Positions 20,082 through 31,503 of a DNA stretch of 31,759 nt are shown here, piece by piece. Source of the stretch: Protoeuglena noctilucae (taxonomy: Eukaryota); assembly GCA_958009085.1 (NCBI GenBank), contig OY253674.1:1240001-1271759 (forward strand), in the 5' to 3' direction. The position numbers were made by a program, and so were the translations under genes. The stretch's first letter is position 1, and every line of letters starts with the position of its first letter. A model generated the notes under the pieces. The model was not told the origin of the DNA. It saw only the letters and a list, made by a program, of their open reading frames with translations, and did no database searches.

Positions 20082-22291
20082 TCACCGATTGTTGCCGAGT
20101 TCCCCGCAGTCGGGCGCCTCAATCTCCCCCCGGATGTCGGCGGGCGGCAGGGTGTCGACGTCGATGGTGCGGTCCAACTGAGAGAAGGTCTCGAAGAAGG
20201 CGCGGAGGTGCTCGCGGCTCGTGTGGATGTCATCTGTGAGGAGGAAGAGACGAGCAGAATGCGGATCATCACACGTGGTATCACGCCTGCCACTTGTGTC
20301 CATCGACACCATCGCCAAACACATGCCGCTCGCCCCCCATCGCGACGCCCTCTCAGCTCCTCGGTACACCCTCGCATCCCGGTGCCCCCCACCCCACCCC
20401 ACCCCCTCACCGGTGCCGCACATCTCCCGGATCGAGTGCATGGCCAGCTGCGCCACCCCCACGTCCACCGTGCGGATGCCCGTGGCCGCTGAGATGATGG
20501 GGCCGATCGTCGACCCGCACGCCGTGTCCTGCCGCACCACGAACTCCTGGCTGGGCAGGCCGCGGCGGGCGCCCACCTCGCGGAAGAGCGCGGCGGTGAC
20601 GGACGTGGTGGCGTAGCGCTGGTTGCAGTTGTGCTTGATCACCACGCCCCCGTGCATGGCCGGGCGGTGACCCGGCTCGTGGCGGTCGGCGTAGTTGGGG
20701 TGCACGGCGTGGGCCATGTCGGACGAGACGACGAACGACCGCTGCATGGCGCGCTCCACGGCGCCCTCCTGCCCCGCGCCCAGGGTGCCCGCCACGCGTC
20801 GGATCGTGTCGAGCATCACGGGGCCGCCCGCCCCCACCGCGGACTCGCTGCCCACCTCCTCGTGGTCGAACAGCGCCATGGCACGCACCGCCTCCTCCTC
20901 CTCAAGCCCAGACGCGGACAGCAGGGCGTCCAGGGCACTGCGGGCGGGGTGGGAGCGATGTTACGGATGAGGCGTCCTCCACTCAGAGTGATATGAAATG
21001 GTCCTTAACACCACTAGCGGTGGATCGGTGCCATCCACTTGAAGTGATAAGAAACGCCCCCCCTTCCCCTGCTATCATCATCATCGCTCACCAGAAGGAC
21101 GACGCGAGGTTGTCGAGGCGCCCCACAAAGAGGAACTCCCCCCGCGCCCCCCCGATGACGCCCGGCTGCACGTCGCAGAGGTTGAGGTCAAAGTCTGCGA
21201 TATCGTCGGCGGCGCAACCCAGCTCCTCGGCCAGGAGCTGCAGCAGGAGGGGGCACTGGGCGTCCCGCCACTTGCGGAGGGGGTCGCCTGGAAGCAACGA
21301 GCCATGGGGTTAAGTGAATGGGTCAGTGAATGGCAGAGCGAGGGTTGCAAGCTCCACCAAGTCATCTACCCGAACCCCACAGCGCACCGTTGGCCCCAGC
21401 CCCGCCCGCCCCAGCCGGGCTCTCCAGCCGCCCCTTGACCTCCGTGGCCAGGATGGGTGCCAGCTCCGTCTCGGGGTTGGGCTTGAACCCGGCCGTGTTG
21501 ATGTCGCGGTTCAGGTGGATGGCCAGCATCGGAATGCGCAGGATGGGCCGGTCGATCTTTACCAGCTCGTGGCTCAGCCGCGCTCCCCGCCGCACCAGCA
21601 CGCGACCCGCCAGGCCCAGGTCGCGGTCGAACCACGTGTGCCACAGGCCCCCGCCGTACGTCTGCACCGCCAGCTGCAGGTACCCCTCCCGGGACCGCGC
21701 CGTGCGGGGCTTCAGCTTCAGGCACGGGGAGTCCGTGTGGGCGCCCACCACCAGGAAGCCGCCCCCGGGCTCGTAGCGCCCTCCCACGGCGAAGGCCACC
21801 AGCGTACTCATGTTCCGCGTAAAGAAGTACTTGCCGTTGCGCCGGATCTCCCAAGCGTCCCGCTCGGACAACTGCTCGTAGCCCGCAGCGAGGAGGGCGC
21901 GGCGAGCCTCGTCCACCGCGTGGTAGGGCGTCCAGGCCTGCGGGAGGCGCGAGCAGATGAGGATTCGGTCATCGAAACGAGACGCGGGGGCAACGCGCCG
22001 CGCGATGGCTCCCAGAGCGCGACCGCGCACCTTGTTGATGTAGTCGAGCATGCGGTGCGCCGTGGTCTTGCCCGCCGCAGCGGACGCGTCCTTAGGCGCG
22101 GTCATTTCCAGTCGGGCCACGTCAGGGCTGTCGCCAGAGCCGCAACGGGCGCGGATTTGCGGGACAACCAGACGCGGGCGAAGGAAGGAGCAGGGGTGGC
22201 TGGCAGAGACTTCAGACACTCCGTGTCGAGACCTGCGACGCGGAAAATGCCGTTGGCGACGTCGACGGCACGCCCGCAACTCCATCGGCAT
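20082..22291 (-). CDS. DNPEP: Aspartyl aminopeptidase (peptidase M18, DNPEP/Ape4-like); start uncertain (22291/22285 with a targeting extension, or 22105)
   Basis: Motifs: WTPYHAV, YFFTRNMSTLVAF, GAHTDSPCLKLKP, YGGGLWHTWFDRDLGLAGRV, IPMLAIHL, GRLDNL, FDHEEVGS, SSDMAHAVHPNY, QRYAT, CGSTIGP, MHSIRE. About five exons, stop at 20082. Confidence 0.95.
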
Positions 22292-22691
22292 CAGGATCAG
22301 CGCAAGGCTGACGGGTGCGCCTGCAGCTCGCAAGGGGGGTCCAAGGCTTGCCTGGCTCCAGCCGCAGAGCTCAAGAGACGTCCCCTGGGAAGCACTGCAC
22401 GCATTTGACGTCTCAACCGGTGGGCAGAGCCTGCGCCTGCCCCACACAAACCCGTGGCAATCAATCCACGCCAGCCCGCGGGAATCCGAGGCGCTTTTTC
22501 GAGCATGGGTCACGGGGCGGAAGTTGTTCAGCCCGACGACCGATAGGCTGGCGCCTGTGTCAGTTGCCTCCCGCTGCCTCGGCACAGCACCGCATGTCAG
22601 GCGCAGACCTGGGAGCGAGGCCAAGCTGCCCCCACACCATCTCTGCCCTTCCTCCTCTGCTGCAGCCCGAGCGTTCAAATAATCGCGGCGC

Positions 22692-22991
22692 CTATTTGAG
22701 CAGGCTGAACAGCTTGGGCGCCACGCACTTGTCGATGCACTTCCAATAGTCGAAGTACTGGCCGACGCAGTTGGCCTCCCCCGTCTTGTCCCCCTTGATC
22801 CTCTCGGCACATGCCTGAACGGGTAGCCAAGAGTTGCATGGATCACGGCCCCCGCCAGGTACGGCTACCAAGCAGCGTGTGCAGCTTCGGGCGCATGGCG
22901 TGTGCCCACCTCGTATGCAGCCAGGAACTTGATGCACTTCGGCTTGCACTCCTCCTCGAGGTGAGGCTTCGGGTCTGCCACGTCGTCGCTC
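22692..22991 (-). CDS. QCR6: Cytochrome bc1 complex subunit 6 (hinge protein, QCR6/UQCRH); first micro-exon lies upstream and is unplaced
   Basis: SDDVADPKPHLEEECKPKCIKFLAAYE|ACAERIKGDKTGEANCVGQYFDYWKCIDKCVAPKLFSLLK*. The DPK..LEE.C, C.GQYFDYW.CID.C and APKLF..LK motifs match plant/algal QCR6. Confidence 0.93.
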   Translation of the reverse strand, partial: ERRRGRPEASPRGGVQAEVHQVPGCIRGGHTPCARSCTRCLVAVPGGGRDPCNSWLPVQACAERIKGDKTGEANCVGQYFDYWKCIDKCVAPKLFSLLK

Positions 22992-24108
22992 CTGCGCAAC
23001 GGGGGGGCTTGTGAAGGTCTCAGCAGTCGTCGGCAGAGCAGCAGAAAACCTCTGATGGGGCTGAGAAAGGCACCGACGAGACGAGCGCATGCAAATAGCG
23101 TCAAGGAAGAGCTAGCGATGCAGCTCGAGACGCACAGACGGCGACAGGGCTCACAAGGCTGGCAGACTCGTTAAAACGCCATGCATGCGGAGTGCGGAGA
23201 CGCCGATTCGCGCTGCAAACAAACGCGCTGCAAGTCCACGCGTTCCCCTTTCACAGGCCGACAGGTCTTGCTCTGCCGGCCCGGGGAAAGCTGGGAGCCA
23301 CGAGAGGCTAAGTGCGCCCCAGCTACAGGGCGACTGTGACCTCTCCTCAACGCCAAGCGGGACGACAAGCAAAGGTATGAACCACATCGTCGGGACGCAA
23401 AGCTTAGACGGCGCGGAAGCCGCCCGGAGCATAAAACAGGCGGACCTCCAGCCACGCGGGGCGTGCAGGCTGCCCCTCGCCGCCCTGCGGCGCCCTCGTC
23501 GGCGGGGAGCAAGGTCGGGCCTCAGAGGAACATCCAGCCACGCTTCTCCACTCACATGGTCCCCTCCCTCGCAGCCAGCCGCGCGCGACGTCACGCCTGG
23601 ACCGATCCCACGACGATCGGCAATCACACCTGCCCACGAGTGCGAAATTGCGCGCAGGGACGGCAAGCGGGAGGGAATCCTGCAGCCTGGCCGACACCAA
23701 CTTTCTTACATGCGGAGTCGGCTTCAGAAAAGCTCAGCTGCTCACCTCCCCGGCTCCGTCGTCATCGATCGCTGACCCTTGGCGATTCAAGGTCACTCGC
23801 GCGTGAAGCTTGTGGAGAAAGTTGTGGGTTTCCGAAACGTCGCGCGAAAGGCGACATCTCAGCAGGAACTGAGATCTTTGGACCACAAGGAGTCGCGTGG
23901 ACGGCGGTTGGGGGCTCGCGGCCTCCCACCGCATCAGGGCGTTGGTGTCCGTGCCCTCCAAACAGCGCGAACTCCGCGAGCGAGGCCCGCGGGACTATGC
24001 GGGGCGCCTTGCGTCGCTTTCTCTGACATGCCTTTTCTCCTGTAAGGAGGACGGTCCACACAGACGCCCGGCCTGCGCGGGCGCCCGGGACCAGGGTTTG
24101 CGTACCTG

Positions 24109-27100
24109 ATGCTCGGGGAATATGCCCTGCTGCCCGGTCTGGGAGGGATGCCGGGGTTCGGAGGCCTCCCTCCGATCGTCACTCCGCCCCCCTTCCACCT
24201 CCCACCGGCCGTCTCGAAGGGGTGCGTCCGCGCAACGGACATGCAGGCGCTCTGCCATGCCTGTTCTCGACCGGTGGTCTCCGGGGGCCCCGCGACGAGC
24301 CCCGATCGATAAGCGACGACCGGACATGCATGCGATGCTTTCCTCGCTCCCCCCGCCTCCGCAGCTCGCTCCCCGCCGCGGGCCAGCAGTCGTGGCGCAG
24401 CGCCCCGGCCAGTCCCCGGAGCCTCTCGCCGCTCCCGGGCCGCAAGCCGCACCGCGGGGATGCGAACGGCGCGGTGGGCCCGCAGATGGGCCCCGCGCCG
24501 CTGTCGCGGTCGGCGAGCGGCACGGGGCGGGCGTCGAGCATCAAGGTGGTGGTGCGCGTCCGGCCGCTGAGCGAGGGCGAGGCGGCGGCGGGGGACCGCG
24601 AGGTGGCCGTGGCAACGGGGTCTGGCGGCCTGCAGGTCACGGCGCCCCCCGTGGCCGCGGGTGCCTCCGCCAAGGCCCGGTCCTTCGACTTCCACGCCTG
24701 CCTGGGCCCCCACGTGGGGCAGGCGGACGTGTTCGGGGTGTGCGGGGTGCCGCAGCTCGTCAACGCAGCGCTGCGGGGGTACAACGGTGAGCGAGCAAGC
24801 ACCCCGCTGCTGCTGGGGAAGGAGTTGCGTGGCAGCCCACGCGTGCTAGGCATGCACACGAGCTTGGCCCATGAGCACCAAGGCCTCCCCCCGGGCTCCC
24901 GCAGTCTCGGTGCTTGCGTATGGCCAGACGGGTTCCGGCAAGACGTACACGATGACGGGGAGGGAGTCTGCCATCGCGTCGGCCGGGTTCTCCTCGGCCG
25001 CTTCGCCCCCCGACGGCGTCGTGCCCCGCGCGCTGCGTCACCTCTTCGCCGCGGTGGATGCGGCGCAGAAGGGGGCTCCCCGCGGCGAGGGGGTGCAACT
25101 GGGGCTGTCCCAGGTGGAGATCTACAACGAGGCCGTCTACGACCTCTACCGCTTCACCAACAAGCCACTGGCCGTCAAGGCGAGCCGCGGGGGGGTACAT
25201 GGCGTTCCTTGCGTGAGCAGGACATCATGAGCAGGAACCGAGCCATCATCAGCAGCCACGTGCCATCCCCACCGTGCCCCTTCTCACCCCATCACCCCAC
25301 CGCTCCTCTGCTACCCCAACCCCTTTGCCTCCCCCCCCCAGTGGGACGCCTCGTCTGGCTTTTACGTGGACAAGGCGCAGGTGCTCCCCGTGGCGTCGTG
25401 CGAGGAGGCGCTGCGTGCGCTAGCGGTGGGCATGCAGCACCGCCACAAGGGGGCGCACGAGCTCAACCGCGAGTCGTCCCGCTCCCACTCCATCGTCACC
25501 GTGCACGTGGCCTCCACCGCCGTCGACGCCGCCACCGGCCGCCCCGTCACGCGCCGCTCCAAGCTCCTCTTCGTGGACCTGGCGGGGTCGGAGCGGCTCA
25601 AGGCCACGCGCACCACGGACGAGGGGCTCAAGGAGACGGGCAGCATCAACCGCAGCCTGTTCACGCTCGGCAAGGTCATCGGCACTTTGGGGGACGCCAG
25701 GGGGGGGGCCGCGCCCCACGTGCCCTACCGCGACAGCCTGCTGACCAAGCTGCTCATGGACAGCATCGGGGGGTCGGCCCTCACGCTCATGGTCGCCTGC
25801 GTGTCCCCCGCGGAGTCTCAAGCCGAGCAGACGCTGAGCACCCTCGCCTACGCCCAGAAGGCCAAGAATATCCGCAACAAGCCCGTAGTGCAGGTCGACC
25901 ACGCCGACGCAGAGATACTGGCGCTGCAGGCGAGGGAGTGATGGGGAATAGGTGCAGCAGGGTGTTGCGGGGAGCTGTGGGAGCTTGTGTGGTGTCAGCT
26001 ACATCTGTCGGGTTGTGTTGCGAACGTGTGCCCGTCTCACAGCACCCCCTTGCCCTCGCCTCGCTGCACAGAGGGAGCTCGCGCTGCTGCGGGAGGAGAA
26101 CAGCTACCTGCGTCGCCACGTGTCGTCCACGCCGGGACCCCTTCCCGCCCCGCTGCCGCCCCCGCGGCTGGCACACACGGACAGCGCCACCCCCGCGCGC
26201 CCCGACAGCCGCAGCTCCGAGGGCGGCGTCCCCGCCGGCGAGATGGCACTGTTACAGTCGCTCAGCCAGACGCGGGCGCGCGACCGCGGGGCGTCCGGGG
26301 CAGTGGCGGAGGAGGCGCGGGGGGCAGTGGCACGCGTGCGGGGGAGGGGCGACGCTGAGCTGCTGCGGATGGCCAGGGAGGACCTGGTGGCGGAGCTGCG
26401 TCGCGCCACGGAGCTGGTGCTGCGTCTGGCGGGGGAGCTGGACGAGGGGGCGGCCGAGAGAGACCGACTGCGGTGCGTGGGGGGTGGGATGAGGGGAGAG
26501 CGAGCGATTGCTTGGCCGCAGCTGTCTGTGTCTGTTCCTGTCAGCACCCTGCACGCGAAGCGGCGAGGACATCTCTTGTGGACCCCACAACTGTCGCTGT
26601 GCCTGATCACACACCCACTCTCACACCCTTGTGCCTCTCCCCATCCCAGGGCGTCCCGTCAGCTCCTGGCCCTGGACCACCGCGGCCTGGCGCAGGAGAA
26701 CGAGCAGCTGAGGCACAAGGTGGGGCTGCTCGAGGCACTCGTGAGGAGGAGGGGGTCGGGGGGCAGCGGGGCGCCGATGGATGCCGACACAGCCACCACC
26801 ACCCCCGCTGCCGACCCCGCGCCCGGCCGACCACGCGCCCCGTCCATGGGACGCGCGGGCACCCTCGCAATCGAGGCGCGCCAACCGCTAGACGCCCCCT
26901 CTCCCCTCGCGTCGGCATCCGAGAGTGACATGCACGCGGGGGACGCGCATGCGGGGCCCGTGGGCGACTGGGATGCCGCGGGGGTTCGGTACCTGGACCG
27001 GGTGCGGCGGCAGCTGGGAGCAGAGGCGTCCGGGAGCGGGGGCAGCGGCGCGAGCAGCCCCGCGCGGCGGCTGGCGGGCGTGCACAGCGACGTGCCCGGG

Positions 27101-27415
27101 GCGAGGGAGCGCATGGAGATGGGCCCGGTGGAGGCGCGGGTGCGGATGCGGCACCGCAGCCACAAGGGCGTGGGGCAGAGCGGGGACCGGGAGGGGGAGG
27201 CGGAGGAGGGGGAGGGAGGGGCGCGGTCGGCGCATGGCGACGCGGCGGTGACGGGGGCTGCGGGGGCAGGGGCGGCGCCGGAGGTGGTGCGTGCAGAGAG
27301 CGAGAGGAGCGACCCCGGCGAGAGGGGCGCGTCGCGGGTGGGGGACGACGGCCGAGGGGCAAGGGGGGGGCGCATCACTGTGTCTGGGCGTGCGATGGAG
27401 TTGCTGGGGGGATAG
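24109..27415 (+). CDS. Kinesin motor protein, KIF12/kinesin-16-like (start 24109 or 24148)
   Basis: Exons ~24109-24221, 24365-24787, 24905-25179, 25342-25929, 26072-26472, 26650-27415. Motifs: IKVVVRVRPL, AYGQTGSGKTYTM, EIYNE, NRESSRSH, FVDLAGSER, INRSLFTLGKVI, HVPYRDSLLTKLL, TLMVACVSP. The K|WDASSGFYV segment and TLMVACVSP resemble KIF12; the subfamily call is less certain than the kinesin call. Confidence 0.92.
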
Positions 27416-27514
27416 GCGGGTGATACGTGCCGACTGTGAAGCTTGCTTGCTTACTAGTACTAGGCTAGGACAACCCTCCGATGGTCTCCCCATCGCGTGA
27501 TTCAACCGGCGCCG

Positions 27515-28925
27515 TCATCCTGCCGCATCACTCGTCTCCTTGGCGCACACCCTCTTGAGGAATTCGTAGGCGGAGACCATGGCCGTGCCCCACAGGGCGC
27601 TGGATGCCATGCGGGGGGCCACCCCGCGGAACATCCCACGCAAGCCGTCGCGGGCGAACAGGTCGCGCACCACGGCACGCACCGTCGGCTGGGCCTCGCC
27701 TCGCGCCGCACGCGTCACCTGCGGGAGCAGAGGCAAAGCAGGGTCAGCCTCGTTAGCAGGCACTGGCCCGTTGCGGCATGCCATGCGCCCACGCGGCTGT
27801 CGCCGCCATCCCCGCACCTGCAGCCGCGTCTTGACGACGTCCAGCGGCGCTGTCAGGAACCCACTCGTGGCCCCTGCCGCGACCCCCGACGCCACCTGCA
27901 CCGCCCCCACCCACGGCACTGACGCCCCCCCGCCCCCGTCCCCGCTGCTGCTGAGCCCCAGCGCGTGCCACAGGAGCTTCTGGTACGTGCTGTAAGCGCT
28001 CCACCAGATGGCACTCGAGGGCGCGTACGTCAGCTGCGTGGGGAGCACAGGCATGGAATGGTGCATGCACCGCCCATGCGCCCATGCCCCGACAACTCCA
28101 CACCCACGCTGCCAGTGGCTCACCAGGGACACGGGCAGTCCCCGGTAGAGTCCCCGTAGCCCCTCCTGCGCCAAGATGGCCCGGAATGCCTGCAGGCCCC
28201 CCGCGTAGCGCGGCTTGGGGCCCTCGTGGGGGGCGTGCACGTGCGACGCCCCGGCCTCGTAGCTCCTCTCCACGCGGTCCGCGATCATCAGGCGCTGAGA
28301 CACCACGTCGATGGGCACCGAGACGGCCTGCGTGGCCAGGCTGGCGCAGAACCCCGCCACGAAGCTGGCCGCCCCCGCAGAGGCGGCGTCGCTGAGGCCG
28401 CCCCAGGCGTGGAGGTGCGCGGAGGACACCGCGCGGACCTTCTCGAGGGACGTCAGGTACACGATCCTGGGAGCGGGGCGGGGCGTTCGTGTCGCGTGCA
28501 GCTAGACTTGAGCTGGTGTGCGAGCCCACCGTCTCCGATGGCTACCTGGCGGGGATGGTGCCCACGAGCACCGTCCCGAAGCCCTTGTAAAGCCCACGGA
28601 TGCCCTCGGCTTGAAACACGTCGCGCGCAATGCGAGCCGCGCCGCGCAGGCCCTGCACACTGCCCTGCCCCTGCGCATCCGAAGCGATCTGCCGCGTCTT
28701 GATCACCGTCAGCGGGAAGAGGCACACCGTCACGGCGCTGAAGAGGCCTGCGATGGGTTAGGGGGTAGCAGCGCCCGTGGCCGCAACGCGCTAACCACGA
28801 GCGGCGCGGCTGGATCGATGGACGCTGTACGCAAGGCTGCCAAAAACCACACCTGTACCGTACACAAAGAACTTGCGCTTGTCCAAGGCGTCCCAATCGA
28901 TGTCTCTCCGGCTGTCCTCATGCAT
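27515..28925 (-). CDS. Mitochondrial carrier, SLC25A44-like
   Basis: The N-terminus MHEDSRRDIDWDALDKRKFFVYG carries the I.W..LDK.KF motif of SLC25A44 homologues. Three carrier signatures are present: PLTVIKTRQ, PIDVVSQRL, PLDVVKTRLQ. Also EGIRGLYKG, EGLRGLYRG, DGLRGMFRG and TYAPSSAIWW. Five exons. Confidence 0.92.
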
Positions 28926-29369
28926 CCTGGCCCCCACGTTGGTCCTGCCGCGGGATTCGCGCCAGCCAAGCCCGGCGAATGGACGGCACTCGTCTCGCGC
29001 ACCAAGCCACGGAAACCACTTTCAGCAGCCGATGCCACGATCAAATATGACTAGTAAAGCGCTTGATGCGCAAATCACGGCTCAAATCCTAGCCAGGGAG
29101 CGGAGCGACTGGGTGCCACTGCTGGGTGCTGGATGGCCGCCCTTCGCGGCTCTTTGCAAGCGATGCGCACGCCTCTGTGCCGGCGAGGATCCCATACTCC
29201 ATTGTCAAACGTGTCAGATGCAGACTTCACGATTTGGGGCCGCATTGCCCCCTGAAAGGGCAAGGGTCTTCCCCACGTGACAGCGCGACCTAGCATGGCA
29301 GCAGCTAGTCATGGCGAGGACCCGAGAGAGTGCAGACGGCAAGCTCTGCTCTGCTCCCGTCCCTCGCGT

Positions 29370-30823
29370 TCATGCCTCCCGCAGAGAGGCCCCCAATGGC
29401 GTCACAGACACAGCTCCCATCCGAATGGCCCACACGTCCGTGCCCGCCTCGGCCGGCCTGCAAGGACGCACAGCAGTCACGGTCGATGCGGTTACTCGGT
29501 CAGCACTCGACGGGTCCGCCATCACACCTGCAGACATGCACCCTTGCCTCTCAAACACCCGCAGCCCCTCCGGGCTCCAGGCAAAGAGGCCGTCCTTGTC
29601 CTGGGCATAGGCGCGGCCGTACCCGCGACCACCCGCGATGCGCGTCCAAGCCAGCGGGACGGGCGCCGACAGGCCAGGCACGGGCAGCCACTCAAAGGCG
29701 GTGTCATCGGGGCTGTGGGAAGAGAGCACATCGGTATGCAGCAAGCGGGCTGGTCGACACGCAGACTGCCCGGCAAGCAAAAAGAGTCCGCATCGCTCTG
29801 CGCTGCATCGGCGTGAGGACCAGGGCTGAGCTGCCACCCCTCCCTATCGCCCTGTCCGCACCGAATGGGCTCGGCACCCAAGAGGGCCGGCACGTCGACA
29901 TCCACAGCCCCCACGCCCAGGGGCACATTGACGTTGCAGAGGTCGGCGCCCGCGGGCCACTGGGACCACAGCCGCTCGACGGCCGCGAGCGCCGCGGCAC
30001 TGGCGACGTGGACCTGGGCGTCTGTCCAGCGGTGAAGGCCCTGGGGGAGTAAGGGGGGCAAGCATGCCTTGAGGAGCATAGTTGTTAAACGATGTTCTGC
30101 TTGTTCGATCCATGCCTCGCCTGGAAGAAGGGGAAGGAGAGGGCGATGGCGGGGAGGCCCAGGAGGGCCGCCTCGGCAGCGGCGCCCACGGTCCCAGACG
30201 AGAGGACGAAAGCACGACCGGCGTTGTGGCCGATGTTGGGGCCGCTGACGACGAGGTCGAAGGGGTGCGGGTCCGCCAGCTGCACGGGGAGGGGTGGGGG
30301 TGGCTGTCCATGCGCTCAGTCAGGACGGCCAGGGCGCTGAGATGGGAGGGTCGTGGCAGCAAGCAAGTGCTCGCCTGATGGATGGCGATGTTGGCGGCGG
30401 CGGCGGGCGTGCCGGTGACCGTGAAGAAGCCCGGCTCTGCCTCGGCCAGCGCCAGGGGACCCCGGGGCAGCGCCTTGGCCACGAAGGATTGGTTGTCCGC
30501 GGGGACGCAGACCGTCACGTCCCAGAGCGGGGACTGGCGAGCAATGGCGAGAAAGGTGCGAAGGAAGGGGCTCTGCGGCGGGGAGGCAGGGGTGCTGTGT
30601 CCGTTGAAGGGGCGTGCGCCGGGGTGCGCGTGCCCCCCTTGAGCTCCGCTCTCACGTCCGGCCCGTCATCGTTCGTCAGGAGCATGCGCATGGAACGATC
30701 TCGTTTGGTGGACCCAGCCGTCGCGCGGGGCGCCCTCGCCGCGCGGGGCGGCTCGCACGACTTGGGAGGACATGACGGGGATCCAGCCAGGCGGCGGGCG
30801 CTGGCCGCCGCCTGCAGGATCAT
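29370..30823 (-). CDS. surE: SurE-family 5'/3'-nucleotidase (start 30691, or 30823 with an N-terminal extension)
   Basis: [14 protein letters not shown]..., [55 protein letters not shown]...VSVTPL. These are all canonical SurE motifs, spread over five exons. Confidence 0.92.
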
Positions 30824-31233
30824 GCGCGATGCCAACTTTGATGACGGATGTGGCGAAAGGACTCGCTCGGTCGCCACTGCAAATCTCGAAGAGCGCGGCA
30901 GCACGGGTCAAAGGGAGGTCACGGTCCCTCGTAATCGCTTCGCGGCCCTCCACAACCCCTAAGAGCCAGCAGCAGGTGTATGATACCAGCAGTAGTCGAC
31001 AGGCGTCACGAACACGCCGCACAGATCCACGTCGGCGACGCTTCGACCGGACCACTGGCAGCGAGCGCTGGCGGGAATGCAAGACCGCGCGACCAACACC
31101 GACCGGCCCCTGTCCAGCGCTGGCAGATGTACCTAGAGGTTGATGACGTCGGACTGCTGGGTGGAGATCCAGCGATCGGTGGCGCTGCGCGTAACTGTAG
31201 GTGCCCCTGCCGTACTTGGCGGATCCGGATGCG

Positions 31234-31503
31234 ATGACGTCGCATTGGATTGTTTTCCATGTAGTGTCAGACGAGAAGGACTGGCAGGAGGGCGAGGAGG
31301 CCCGTCTCATCGTCGTGGGGAGCTCGCGGGAGCTGGGCGAGTACCGCATCGCGGGAGGCCTCCCTCTCACCCGCGCGGCAGGTAACGGCCGCGGCAACGG
31401 GCTGGGAATCTGCACATGACCTTGCTTGTTGCTGCCGCGATTGCATCATGTCAGCCGCGAGGGCGATTCGGCGCAGCGGGCACCGAGCACTCTGTGGCAC
31501 GCC
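31234..31503 (+). pseudogene. 5' fragment of a CBM20 (starch-binding domain) gene, truncated by the telomere
   Basis: MTSHWIVFHVVSDEKDWQEGEEARLIVVGSSRELGEYRIAGGLPL resembles the first half of CBM20 (V.F.V...GE.L.VVGS..ELG.W...A..L). It is followed by a donor-like G|GTAACG at 31382. Telomeric repeats start at 31504, before the domain can be completed. Confidence 0.55.

Noticed and set aside
18699..23319. Shared 13-mer ggctaagtgYgcc at ~18699 and ~23306
   Set aside because: Two copies with one mismatch in 32 kb is compatible with chance, and they share no positional relationship to gene starts.
24222..26492. 756-aa single ORF as the kinesin gene
   Set aside because: Only 24365-24787 is in the kinesin frame; the remaining motor motifs lie in other frames joined by introns.
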